From NCBI GenBank assembly GCA_041167675.1, contig JBEEIB010000008.1:2380-66379 (forward strand): 64,000 nucleotides of DNA, given 5' to 3'. A model generated the notes under the pieces. It did not search any database, was not told where the DNA came from, and saw nothing but the letters and a program-made list of their open reading frames with translations. Each line of letters starts with the position of its first letter. Positions within the stretch are counted from its first letter, which is position 1. This document shows, in pieces, positions 48,488 to 57,581 of the stretch. This DNA is from Verrucomicrobiota bacterium. Lineage in GTDB: Bacteria; Verrucomicrobiota; Verrucomicrobiia; Chthoniobacterales; JAFAMB01. The translations under genes were made by a program, and so were the position numbers.

Positions 48488-49328
48488 GTCGAAATAGAAG
48501 ATCTACTGCCTAACCTTAGGAAATAGCTTCGATTCTTGAAACCGGCGGTCCGTCTCTGTTGATGGTTCCGCGGGCGTGATAGGCTCGCTAAATCAGACTA
48601 TCAGCATTAGATGCCAAACCAGTCGGACACCACTCCTTAAGTCTAACAAACCGTGGGTGGCGCCTGGATCCGGTCGTAAATACCGCAGGGCTTCGTCCTC
48701 ATTGGCAGACCAGAACTTCAACGCTAGCCCCTACGGCTAGAAAATTTCACTTCTTCACCTGCTTCGTACCGTAACCCGTCCACTTGAATTTCATCCCTCG
48801 ACCCGCAAGAAACTTGCGGCAAGCAGCCTCCACCGACTCAAGAGTGCTGGTCGAAACAGGCTTGTCAGGGATTTCTAGTCTTTGCGTTTTCTGGCGCATT
48901 CGTGTCGCATCAGTCGAGCTCATTGATCGTTGTCATCGGGAGGGCCCTTGTTATAGCTTTTATAACGGCTATTTGATGCAAAGCTTTAACGGCCTTGCCG
49001 GGTCTGCGCTGAGGGATCAATCCTCTAACAGTGACGAGCTGTCGGTTAAGGAAAATCGGCTTCCTTGCTTTTTGGAATGGCTAACCCCCTCGAAATGGCC
49101 ACAAATAACGCAAACGGGCCGTTCGGCTGAAAAAGCCTCGAGCCCAGCTGTAGAGCCTGCGAAATTAAGGTTCAGACATAGCCACAAGCTAAAGCAGAGC
49201 CGGTCACTAGAGAACAGGTCGTCCTGGTGGCCGGCTTCTTTTCCTTTGGAAATGGCCTTTTTTTGCGGTACGCGGCGGTAGGACAAATTTGGTTTTAAAA
49301 TCTCTCGTCGATCGGCATTCTTGCTCGG

Positions 49329-49829
49329 ATGAATCAGGTAGTGCCGCCTCTGCCAGGCTCGCAGCCACCCAAATCGTTTCCCTGGCTGGGGTGCAGTCTT
49401 GGCTGCGGTGCAATTGTTATCCTGGGAGCGCTTGGACTACTCTTCGCACTTCTGGCCCTGGTCGAGCTGCCACCTTTTTCTCACGATCCGTCGCAACCGA
49501 CGGTTCCTTCCGATTTCATCGGAGATTGGCGGACAAGCGGTACCATCGAAGGAACCATCATAATCCAGCCGGACGGCCGAGCATCGTGTAATATCAAAGG
49601 TCCCGCGAGTTCCTTCGAATTGAATGGTGCGCGAGCTCGATTTGATTCGCACACAAATGTGCTCTCAATCAAATTCTGGTTCATTGGCCCACAATGGCAT
49701 GTGGATCAACGGCCGATCCAAAAAGGTCAACAGATGGAAATGATCCTCAACGGCCAACGATATCTTCGATCAACCCCAGCTATTCCACCTGGTCAAAGCG
49801 CTCCAACTCCAAAACCGTGGGAGGTATGA
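49329..49829 (+). CDS. membrane-anchored hypothetical protein
   Basis: 166 aa. Pro-rich N-terminus, one TM helix (GAIVILGALGLLFALLALV), then a soluble domain. Confidence 0.5.
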   Translation: MNQVVPPLPGSQPPKSFPWLGCSLGCGAIVILGALGLLFALLALVELPPFSHDPSQPTVPSDFIGDWRTSGTIEGTIIIQPDGRASCNIKGPASSFELNGARARFDSHTNVLSIKFWFIGPQWHVDQRPIQKGQQMEMILNGQRYLRSTPAIPPGQSAPTPKPWEV

Positions 49830-49847
49830 GGGTTGCAACTTATCTGA

Positions 49848-50783
49848 ATGGAAAGGAACCCGCCGACGACAATGAGCCGACCAAAAGCGCTGAAGACTAT
49901 CCGGACCGACACCCTGGAGATCGCCTATGAAGAAAACGGTGAACCCAACGGGAAGCCCGTTGTCCTCTTGCATGGCTTCCCTGATGACCCTAGAGCGTGG
50001 GATGGCGTAGTCGGCCCTCTGGCCAAGGACGGCTTTAGAACGATCGTCCCCTATCTGCGCGGCTTCGGTCCCACCCGGTTCTTGCATGCCGATACCCTTC
50101 GATCGGGTCAACAAGCGGCTCTGGCTTACGATCTAAATGAATTAATCGAGGGCCTCAAACTCAAGCAAACGATCCTGACCGGGTATGACTGGGGAGCCCG
50201 GGCAGCATGTACAGTGGCCGCTCTTTGGCCGGCGCAGGTCGCAGGGCTGGTCTCGATTGGCGGCTACAACATCGAAAGCATCATCCGTGACCAAGTGCCG
50301 GCCTCTGCCCGACAGGAATATAGCGGTTGGTATCAGTGGTATTTCCAAACCGAACGAGGTAAGGCCGGCCTGGAAAAGAACCGGCGCGAGATTTGTCGTC
50401 TGCTATGGGAGCTCTGGTCTCCCAACTGGAAGTTTACCGAAGCGCTGTTTGCTGAGACGGCTCGCAGCTTCGATAATCCGGATTTTGTCGAGATCGTTAT
50501 CCATTCGTATCGACATCGCTACGGGGCAGCGATTGGTGATCCGAGCCTGGAGGCAATTGAGCGACAGCTTGCTGGGCAACCAAGGATTAACTTGCCGGCC
50601 ATTGTGCTGCACGGTGAATGCGATGGGGTGCATCCACCCGGGTTGTCAGAAGGTCAAAAAAAGCTCTTTTCCGCACAGTATGAACGACGGATCGTTCCTA
50701 CTGCGGGACATCTCTTTCCGCGCGAGGCCCCCGACGCTGTCATCGCGGCCATTCGGGAATTGGCTGAGTATATCCGGGCCTAA
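49848..50783 (+). CDS. alpha/beta hydrolase, epoxide hydrolase / haloalkane dehalogenase-like
   Basis: VVLLHGFPDD and nucleophile motif GYDWGA. 311 aa. Confidence 0.87.
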   Translation: MERNPPTTMSRPKALKTIRTDTLEIAYEENGEPNGKPVVLLHGFPDDPRAWDGVVGPLAKDGFRTIVPYLRGFGPTRFLHADTLRSGQQAALAYDLNELIEGLKLKQTILTGYDWGARAACTVAALWPAQVAGLVSIGGYNIESIIRDQVPASARQEYSGWYQWYFQTERGKAGLEKNRREICRLLWELWSPNWKFTEALFAETARSFDNPDFVEIVIHSYRHRYGAAIGDPSLEAIERQLAGQPRINLPAIVLHGECDGVHPPGLSEGQKKLFSAQYERRIVPTAGHLFPREAPDAVIAAIRELAEYIRA

Positions 50784-50938
50784 ATACGAATCGGTTTGGG
50801 GGACTGGAGTCGGTACGAGACCGAAGGCGTTGTTGACGTTGAAGACTTTGCATCCGTCCCTATGCAAATGGAGGAGGGTTGCGTCGAGATACTTGAACGC
50901 GCTTACTCGCAGTGCGAACAATACGATGCCGAACCGGT

Positions 50939-51583
50939 ATGAGAAAAGTTATTCTTTGTTTTGGCGATTCGAACACTTGGGGTTACAACCCAGAAAACGG
51001 GATGCGGTTTGGTGCGGAGATTCGTTGGCCAGGAGTTCTGCAAACCGAGCTTGGTACTGGCTACACGATAGTAGAGGAAGGCTTAAACGCACGGACGACG
51101 GTGTTCGCCGATCTCGTTGAGGGAGCACGAATCGATCGCAATGGCAGGAATCATCTGGGGGTACTTCTAGAGTCTCATCGCCCAATCGACCTGGTGATAA
51201 TAATGCTGGGACTAAATGACCTAAAGTGTCGTTTAGCGGTCAGCGCTTTCGATATCGCGCAGGGAGCCGGAGAGCTTGTGCAAATAGTTCAGTGCTCTAG
51301 GTCGGGATCGCAAAACCAGGCGCCGGAGATACTGTTGATTGCTCCGCCTCCGGTGAAAACACTGAACGAACTAGGTGAGCTTTTCGCAGGAGCCATAGAA
51401 AAATCGCAGAACTTTGGCCAGTACTACGCCAGGATCAGTCAGCGGTTGGGCTGTCAGTTTGTTAACGGGGCGGAGATCGTAGAGTACGATCCAACCGATG
51501 GCATCCATCTAGGGGCGGCCAGCCACGCCGCGCTTGGTCGTTACCTAGCGAATTGGGTACGAAGCTATTTTGGAGGCTCGTAA
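50939..51583 (+). CDS. SGNH/GDSL-family hydrolase (esterase)
   Basis: Block I ILCFGDSNTWGY, block III MLGLNDL, and a C-terminal DGIH catalytic pair. Start set at ATG 50939. Confidence 0.85.
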   Translation: MRKVILCFGDSNTWGYNPENGMRFGAEIRWPGVLQTELGTGYTIVEEGLNARTTVFADLVEGARIDRNGRNHLGVLLESHRPIDLVIIMLGLNDLKCRLAVSAFDIAQGAGELVQIVQCSRSGSQNQAPEILLIAPPPVKTLNELGELFAGAIEKSQNFGQYYARISQRLGCQFVNGAEIVEYDPTDGIHLGAASHAALGRYLANWVRSYFGGS

Positions 51584-51615
51584 CCCCACCAAGCCGAAGC
51601 GAACCAATCGACCAA

Positions 51616-52656
51616 ATGCCTGACTCGCAGATAACGTACCGTTTCTCGATCGGTCCCTGGAACATCAGCGAAGGCCGGGATCCTTACGGCCCGGAAACGC
51701 GCCCCACCAAAGATTTCGCGTGGAAATTGGAGCAGTTTAAGAAGGATGGGTTCGATGCAGTGATGTTTCACGACGACGATGTTGTGCCCGATATCGATTC
51801 CAAATCGCGCGACCAAGTTCTCAAAGAAACAAAGCAGGTCGGCAAGATGATTGAAGATGCGGGCATGTTTGTGGAATTGGTCGCGCCGCGCCTCTGGTTC
51901 AGTCCGACAACCATTGATGGCGCTTACACCAGTAACGACGCCAAAGCGCGGCAATATGCCATCGACCGTTCACTCCAGACCATCGATATAGCTGATGCGC
52001 TGGGCTGCGATTTACTCGTTTGGTGGCTTGCTCGCGAAGGAACTTATGTGCGTGAATCCAAAAGCTATCAACGCTCGCTCGAGCTACTGGTTGAGGCAGC
52101 TAACCGGATTTTGGAGCACCATTCGAACATTCGTATCGCGATCGAGCCGAAACCAAATGAACCGGTGGATGTCGCCTATCTGCCGACGATTGGGCATGCC
52201 TTAGCATTCGCCCATTTGACCAGCGATCCGAGCCGTATTGGAGGACTGGTCGAGACAGCTCATTGTATTTTGGCTGGATTGGATCCAGCCGACGAGATGG
52301 AGTTCGCGCTTGCGCTAGGCAAACTCTGGTCGGTCCACCTCAACGATCAAAACGGTCTCAAGTTCGACCAGGACAAGCCATTTGGGAGCGTGAACCTGAG
52401 AAGCGCGTTTGATCAGGTGCGTGTGCTGGAGCGACTCGGCTACGGCACGAAAGGAGAGTGCGTTGCTTTTGATGTGCACTCATTCCGAACCACGAAAATG
52501 GAGCACGCGTTCGATCACGCTACGAACAGCCGCAAAACGTTCCTTCGGCTCCTCCAGAAAGTACGCTCGTTCGATGAGGACGCTGCTCAGACACTGATCG
52601 CCGACCGAAGCTATCAAGCGTTGGACCAAATGGTGATCGAGCACCTGCTGAGCTGA
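51616..52656 (+). CDS. xylose isomerase-like TIM-barrel protein
   Basis: N-terminus YRFSIGPWNISEGRDPYGPETRP resembles class I xylose isomerase; ...IAIEPKPNEP... motif. Start set at ATG 51616. Confidence 0.82.
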   Translation: MPDSQITYRFSIGPWNISEGRDPYGPETRPTKDFAWKLEQFKKDGFDAVMFHDDDVVPDIDSKSRDQVLKETKQVGKMIEDAGMFVELVAPRLWFSPTTIDGAYTSNDAKARQYAIDRSLQTIDIADALGCDLLVWWLAREGTYVRESKSYQRSLELLVEAANRILEHHSNIRIAIEPKPNEPVDVAYLPTIGHALAFAHLTSDPSRIGGLVETAHCILAGLDPADEMEFALALGKLWSVHLNDQNGLKFDQDKPFGSVNLRSAFDQVRVLERLGYGTKGECVAFDVHSFRTTKMEHAFDHATNSRKTFLRLLQKVRSFDEDAAQTLIADRSYQALDQMVIEHLLS

Positions 52657-52819
52657 GAATGACTTTCCCTAGGATCACCAATGGGCCAGACGCCCAGTCT
52701 TCTTTTCACGATTTGTGATTCTTTCCAGACGTACCGGTGGATTCGTGATACCCGATTGGCTTCGGCTGCCGTATTTGTCTCTTCCCATACCCCCGTAATT
52801 CGCCATCTTTTCGTTTCCG

Positions 52820-53653
52820 ATGAAAACTTTCCGCCTCAATCGTCTCTTCAACGCCGAATCAAAGCGATGCTTGGATGTCGCGGTCGATCACGGCTTTTTC
52901 AACGAGCTCAGTTTTCTGAGCGGCATTGAAGATTTGGCACAAGCAGTGCACACGCTGGTGAAAGCAAACCCGGACGCAATTCAGTTGACGATCGGGCAAG
53001 CCGAATTGCTGCAAAGGATTCCGGGAAAGGCCAAGCCTGCTTTGGTGCTTCGAACCGACGTGGCAAATGTTTACGGTCGCGAATTACCGCGCACGCTCTT
53101 CAGCCGAATGATCGAGGAACCGATCGAGCAGGCGATTAGGCTGGACGCCGCGTGTGTCGTCGTGAACTTGTTTCGCATCCCTGGTCAGCCAGAGGTGACC
53201 GATCAATGCATCCAAAACATCCTGCGATTGAAGCCCGCCTGTGAGCGATACGGACTCCCCTTGATGATCGAGCCCCTCGTCTTCCGACCAAACGACCAGG
53301 CCGGCGGATACCAGGTGGACGGCGATTTGGATAAGATTTTGCCGCTGGTCCGCCAGGCCGTCGAACTAGGCGCGGACGTGATCAAGGCCGATCCGACCGA
53401 CGACCCGAACGTATATAATAAGGTAATTCAAACCGCACGGGTGCCGGTCTTGGTCCGCGGTGGAGGGAAGGCCAATGATCTGGAAGTACTCCATCGTTCG
53501 GAGCAACTCATTGACCAAGGTGCTTCCGGGCTCGTCTACGGCCGCAACATTATCCAGCACCCGAATCCCAGCGGCATGACTAAAGCCCTCATGGCGATCG
53601 TTCATGAGAACGCAAAGGCGAACGAGGCCGCCAAGCGCTATCTAGCTGCCTAA
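52820..53653 (+). CDS. class I aldolase, DhnA/FbaB/LsrF family
   Basis: 277 aa. LDVAVDHG, GADVIKADP (Schiff-base Lys context), VLVRGGGK and GLVYGRNI motifs. Confidence 0.83.
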   Translation: MKTFRLNRLFNAESKRCLDVAVDHGFFNELSFLSGIEDLAQAVHTLVKANPDAIQLTIGQAELLQRIPGKAKPALVLRTDVANVYGRELPRTLFSRMIEEPIEQAIRLDAACVVVNLFRIPGQPEVTDQCIQNILRLKPACERYGLPLMIEPLVFRPNDQAGGYQVDGDLDKILPLVRQAVELGADVIKADPTDDPNVYNKVIQTARVPVLVRGGGKANDLEVLHRSEQLIDQGASGLVYGRNIIQHPNPSGMTKALMAIVHENAKANEAAKRYLAA

Positions 53654-53670
53654 CCCGTTACGACCTGAAC

Positions 53671-54807
53671 ATGAGTACGAAAAAAATCGTCAATATTGGC
53701 ATCATCGGTGGCGGGTTAATGGGACGCGAACTAGCCAGCGCGTTAGCTCGCTGGTTCGTGTTTGTCGACCCTCCAGTCGAAGCACGGTTGGTCGCGGTGG
53801 CAGATCTTTCCGAGCAAGCGCGCGAGTGGTTTCGACGGGTACCTACCGTCACTCAAATTACTGCTTCGGCCGGCGAACTGATCGCAAATCCGGAAGTCGA
53901 CGTGGTCTACGCCGCTGTCCCGCATCAGCTTCATCAACAGATTTATTTGCAAGTTATCGAAGCGGGAAAAGATCTTTTGGCCGAAAAACCGTTCGGTATC
54001 GATCTTTCCGCGGCCGAGCAGATTAACGCTGCAATCTCTCACACCAAACGATTCGTGCGGTGCAGTTCCGAATTCCCTTTTATGCCAGGAGCTCAGAAAG
54101 TGATCCAATTTATTCAAGAAAAGCGTTACGGGAAGCCGCTGGAAATTCGGGTCGGGTTTCATCACAGCAGCGATCTGGATCCGACGAAACCGATCAACTG
54201 GAAACGCCAGGTGAAAACCTGTGGAGAAATTGGAGTAATGGGAGATCTCGGTATGCATACGATCCATATTCCGTTTCGATTCGGTTGGCAGCCGGTGAGA
54301 GTGTACGCAGAGTTGCAGAAGATCGTAAGCGAACGGCCAGATGGCCGCGGAGGAATGGCGATCTGCGATACTTGGGACAATGCTATCCTGAACACCGAAG
54401 TAGTACTTGATGGAGGCGAGGTGCCGATGCGAATCGAAACAAAGCGAATGGCTCCAACGGAAACGAATACTTGGTATATTGAGTTCCTCGGGACCGACGC
54501 AGGAATCCGCTTCAGCACCAAAGAGCCGAAGACGTTGTGGCGCTACCAACGTTCCGCAGATCAAGGTTGGTTTCGTGTCGATCTCGGATCTCAGTCCGCT
54601 TTCCCCACCATTACTGGCGCGATTTTCGAAACCGGTTTCAACGATTGTTTTCAGCAAATGTGGGCAGCGTTTCTAGCGGAAAGAGAAGGACAACTGGGGG
54701 ACCGGTTCGGCTGCGTGAGGCCCGAAGAGGCGGTGCTGAGCCACCGTCTATTCAATGCTGCGCTAAAAAGCCACGAGGCCAAATCCGTTGTGACCCTGGA
54801 CCGATGA
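53671..54807 (+). CDS. Gfo/Idh/MocA-family oxidoreductase
   Basis: N-terminal Rossmann motif IGIIGGGLMGRE, ...LLAEKPF... motif. 378 aa. Confidence 0.9.
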   Translation: MSTKKIVNIGIIGGGLMGRELASALARWFVFVDPPVEARLVAVADLSEQAREWFRRVPTVTQITASAGELIANPEVDVVYAAVPHQLHQQIYLQVIEAGKDLLAEKPFGIDLSAAEQINAAISHTKRFVRCSSEFPFMPGAQKVIQFIQEKRYGKPLEIRVGFHHSSDLDPTKPINWKRQVKTCGEIGVMGDLGMHTIHIPFRFGWQPVRVYAELQKIVSERPDGRGGMAICDTWDNAILNTEVVLDGGEVPMRIETKRMAPTETNTWYIEFLGTDAGIRFSTKEPKTLWRYQRSADQGWFRVDLGSQSAFPTITGAIFETGFNDCFQQMWAAFLAEREGQLGDRFGCVRPEEAVLSHRLFNAALKSHEAKSVVTLDR

Positions 54808-54878
54808 GCCAAATGCTTTGGCGTTCCAGTTGCCCTGCTCTCGACTTTTTGGCATATCGCCTTTTACACTAGACGCCA

Positions 54879-55904
54879 GTGACTCAGCGCTCAGGGATTC
54901 TCGCCGCCGGAAATTGGATTGTCGATCACGTAAAGCTGATCGACACGTGGCCCAGCGAGGAAACGCTAGCCATCATTAGTCGCGAGACGCAAGGGATGGG
55001 CGGTGCTCCACCCAACGTACTCGCCGGCCTGGCCAGACTCGGTGCAAAATTTCCTCTCAGCGGTGCCGGCATTGTCGGCTATGACGCGGCCGGAGATTGG
55101 ATTCTGGAACAGTGCGCGAAACTCGGTATCGATACCCGACTGATAACCCGTGCTAATGAGGGTCCAACCTCGTACACCGACGTAATGAATGTCGAACGCA
55201 CTGGGCGCCGAACTTTCTTTCATCAACGAGGAGTGAATGCATTGCTGGGTCCGGAGTCCATCGATTTGGCTTCCTGCTCGGCCAGATTATTTCACCTAGG
55301 CTACCTCCTCTTATTGGATCGCCTCGATCGACCGGGAAAAAGCAAAGGTACTGCGGCGGCCGAGCTCCTCGACCACGCGTCGCGTCTTGGATTTATCACT
55401 TCGGTGGACGCGGTCAGCGAAGAAAGCGACCGGTACCCGCGCGTTGTCCTACCGGCTCTACCTAATGTCGACCTGGTATTTCTGAATGAATTTGAAGCCG
55501 GCCACGTGTTCTCGACTGAAATTCGGGTAAACAGAGAAATTGACGTCAACGCGTTGTTGAAAACCGCTCAAGATTTGCGAGCGGCCGGCATTCGCCAATG
55601 GGTCATCATTCATTTCCCAGAGGGCGTGCTGGCGGTCTCGAATCAGAATAAGATCATCTTTCAACCGAGCGTGCGATTGCCCGGAGAGAAGATTATTGGA
55701 TCAACCGGAGCAGGAGACGCTATCGCGGCAGGCATCCTCTTCGGTTTCCACGACGATTTGCCGATGGAAAAATGTTTAGAGATCGGAGTGTGTGCAGCTG
55801 CCGCTTCTCTGCGACACCCAAGCGCGACCGAAGGAATGGAAGCAGTCGATGGTTGCCTGCGTCTCGGACAAGAATTTGGCTTCCGCGAATCGTTATTGGG
55901 GTAG
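54879..55904 (+). CDS. PfkB-family carbohydrate kinase
   Basis: GTG start. PfkB signature GSTGAGDAIAAGILFG near the C-terminus and a ribokinase-like N-terminus. Confidence 0.9.
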   Translation: MTQRSGILAAGNWIVDHVKLIDTWPSEETLAIISRETQGMGGAPPNVLAGLARLGAKFPLSGAGIVGYDAAGDWILEQCAKLGIDTRLITRANEGPTSYTDVMNVERTGRRTFFHQRGVNALLGPESIDLASCSARLFHLGYLLLLDRLDRPGKSKGTAAAELLDHASRLGFITSVDAVSEESDRYPRVVLPALPNVDLVFLNEFEAGHVFSTEIRVNREIDVNALLKTAQDLRAAGIRQWVIIHFPEGVLAVSNQNKIIFQPSVRLPGEKIIGSTGAGDAIAAGILFGFHDDLPMEKCLEIGVCAAAASLRHPSATEGMEAVDGCLRLGQEFGFRESLLG

Positions 55905-55969
55905 GCCGTCGACATGGGATTGTCGGGTTTCGCTCGGTCAAAATTGACGGTCAGGCTTTCAGCGGCAAC

Positions 55970-56190
55970 GCCGTGACTCAGGATGGCCTAGCCCGCAGGG
56001 CTAGGAACGGGCATATACAAATGTCAGCGCTGAAAGCGAGTTTCAATGCCAGATTCCCCTAACACAATTCCATCTGTTGACGAAATTCGATCCCATTCAA
56101 TCGACGCCCCGCGTTGAAACGCACCTTCAGTGCTGATCACGTTTTATGCAGTTACCTAGCCCTGCGGGCTAGGCTATCCTGAGTCACGGC
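55970..56190. repeat. REPIN-like inverted pair of palindromic 36-mers
   Basis: 55970-56005 and the reverse complement of 56155-56190 match at 35 of 36 positions. Each arm contains its own hairpin (CCTAGCCC-GCA-GGGCTAGG). Weaker complementarity extends about 12 nt outward. The spacer is 149 nt. Confidence 0.75.
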
Positions 56191-56213
56191 TTCGCCGCTG
56201 CGATGGCCGGATC

Positions 56214-56651
56214 TTACCCTTCTCGTTCGCCTACCCGGCGATGAACTAATCGCAACCAGCGAGTATAATCCCGGCGGCAAGAAACCCAGCTCTGGTGGAT
56301 CCGAAGCAAAGCGAAAACCGTCAGCAGTTCGCCTAGAATTCCGGCGAAGAAAGTAGCGAACCGCCACTCGTTTGGGGCCAATAGGCAAACCAGTGGGGCA
56401 AGAAGAATCACGACCGAAGATAATGCCCAGCGCCAAAGCGCTCGATGTGAGCTGCGCATCCGCTGATATAAAAAAATCGCTCTATCAAGATCAGCTTGAA
56501 GTGACCGGTAAGGACCTAAAGCACGCACCAGCTCGTTGAAGAAAGCATTGGGGGTGAGTCCACCATAGACGCGGACAATATCTTCGACCGAAGCAGCCTT
56601 TTCAGGGTGCTTAAACTCCGAATTCTCGTCATTTAAATTCGCGAATGACAT
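56214..56651 (-). CDS. hypothetical membrane protein
   Basis: ATG 56651 (MSFANLNDEN) is preferred to the TTG at 56705. Two C-terminal hydrophobic helices. Confidence 0.45.
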   Translation of the reverse strand: MSFANLNDENSEFKHPEKAASVEDIVRVYGGLTPNAFFNELVRALGPYRSLQADLDRAIFLYQRMRSSHRALWRWALSSVVILLAPLVCLLAPNEWRFATFFAGILGELLTVFALLRIHQSWVSCRRDYTRWLRLVHRRVGEREG

Positions 56652-56765
56652 GACCGCTCGGATCACTTCCAAGAGAAACACATCACCGCCGGCACCGAAT
56701 GTCAACGGCCTATCGAATTTTCAAACGCTGGCCTCTGCGTACCAGCAAGGCAGATTTTGCTCGGC

Positions 56766-57173
56766 TCAGACGGCCAATCGAAAATGCTCGACCTGATTCT
56801 CCACGAATCGAATGAGTTGGTCGGGAAAGAATGGTTTGCGGAGCAAAATTCCTCCATTCATCAAGGAGAGCAGGTGAGGATCATCTTCCAGAACTGCTCC
56901 GGTAATAAAAAGGACCGGAACGGCGGGATCGATTCGCTGGATACGAGTGGCAACTTCCAGGCCATCGATCGAGTCGGGCATCACAATATCGGTCAGAACC
57001 AAATCGATTTCCGTCCTTCGCTCTTCAAAAATGGCAAGTCCTTGGTCGCCACTCTCAGCGATGAGGGTAGTATATCCGATCTGGTGCAAAACTTTTCGGA
57101 CGTACTCCAGAATGAACGGCTCGTCGTCGATGACGAGAACCTTCAATCTGCGGAAAGAAGAATGAGTGACCAT
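56766..57173 (-). CDS. single-domain response regulator
   Basis: 135 aa. VLVIDDEPF...DLVLTDIVMPD...VLFITG receiver motifs. Confidence 0.88.
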   Translation of the reverse strand: MVTHSSFRRLKVLVIDDEPFILEYVRKVLHQIGYTTLIAESGDQGLAIFEERRTEIDLVLTDIVMPDSIDGLEVATRIQRIDPAVPVLFITGAVLEDDPHLLSLMNGGILLRKPFFPDQLIRFVENQVEHFRLAV

Positions 57174-57581
57174 GATTGTTGCTTAAGTTTCTCGGCTGAG
57201 CTGGGATGAAAAGAGCAGTTTATTCATGGTCCGAAACGGTATTCCGAATTTTTAGTAAAAAGGAGAGCCTCTTACTCTCAATGCTCGGAAAGAACTACCC
57301 ATTCTTTAGATCCTAAAAAACAGATCTCAAAGCGAATTCGACAATCTTCGGAGAATTCAAGGTTCTCAAGGATTACAATAATACTTAGAAATGTTTATCG
57401 CAGCTCGAATCTGAGTTGCAGATCCGATTAAGTGCAAAATCGGTTGCTCAAAAGCGTGACCGGCAAACTCCGATATTTATTCCCGTTTTTCTATCGCCCG
57501 CTAGCAGAGCGACTTAGACTAATTCCGATCCTGGTTGTTTGAGAGCTCTCGTTTTTGCGACGCGCTGCGCTTGATCAACTC

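Noticed and set aside
48784-49281. 165-aa ORF (non-ATG start) and its antisense partner 49017..49286
   Set aside because: The two ORFs overlap each other and neither shows motifs. The region is treated as non-coding or decayed (see the tRNA-flank finding).
47585-49328. Prophage or integrative island at tRNA-Ala
   Set aside because: No integrase, excisionase, phage or conjugation genes are present, and I found no direct repeat of the tRNA 3' end in the window. Only the decay-scar interpretation is retained, at low confidence.
50185-51120. 311-aa plus-strand ORF overlapping the epoxide-hydrolase-like gene in another frame
   Set aside because: It is out of frame with a well-supported gene and runs across the next gene start. 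It is Arg/Ser-rich with low-complexity translation.
53743-54657. 304-aa minus-strand ORF opposite the Gfo/Idh/MocA gene
   Set aside because: It is a shadow ORF. The plus-strand frame has clear Rossmann and family motifs, and the antisense product has none.
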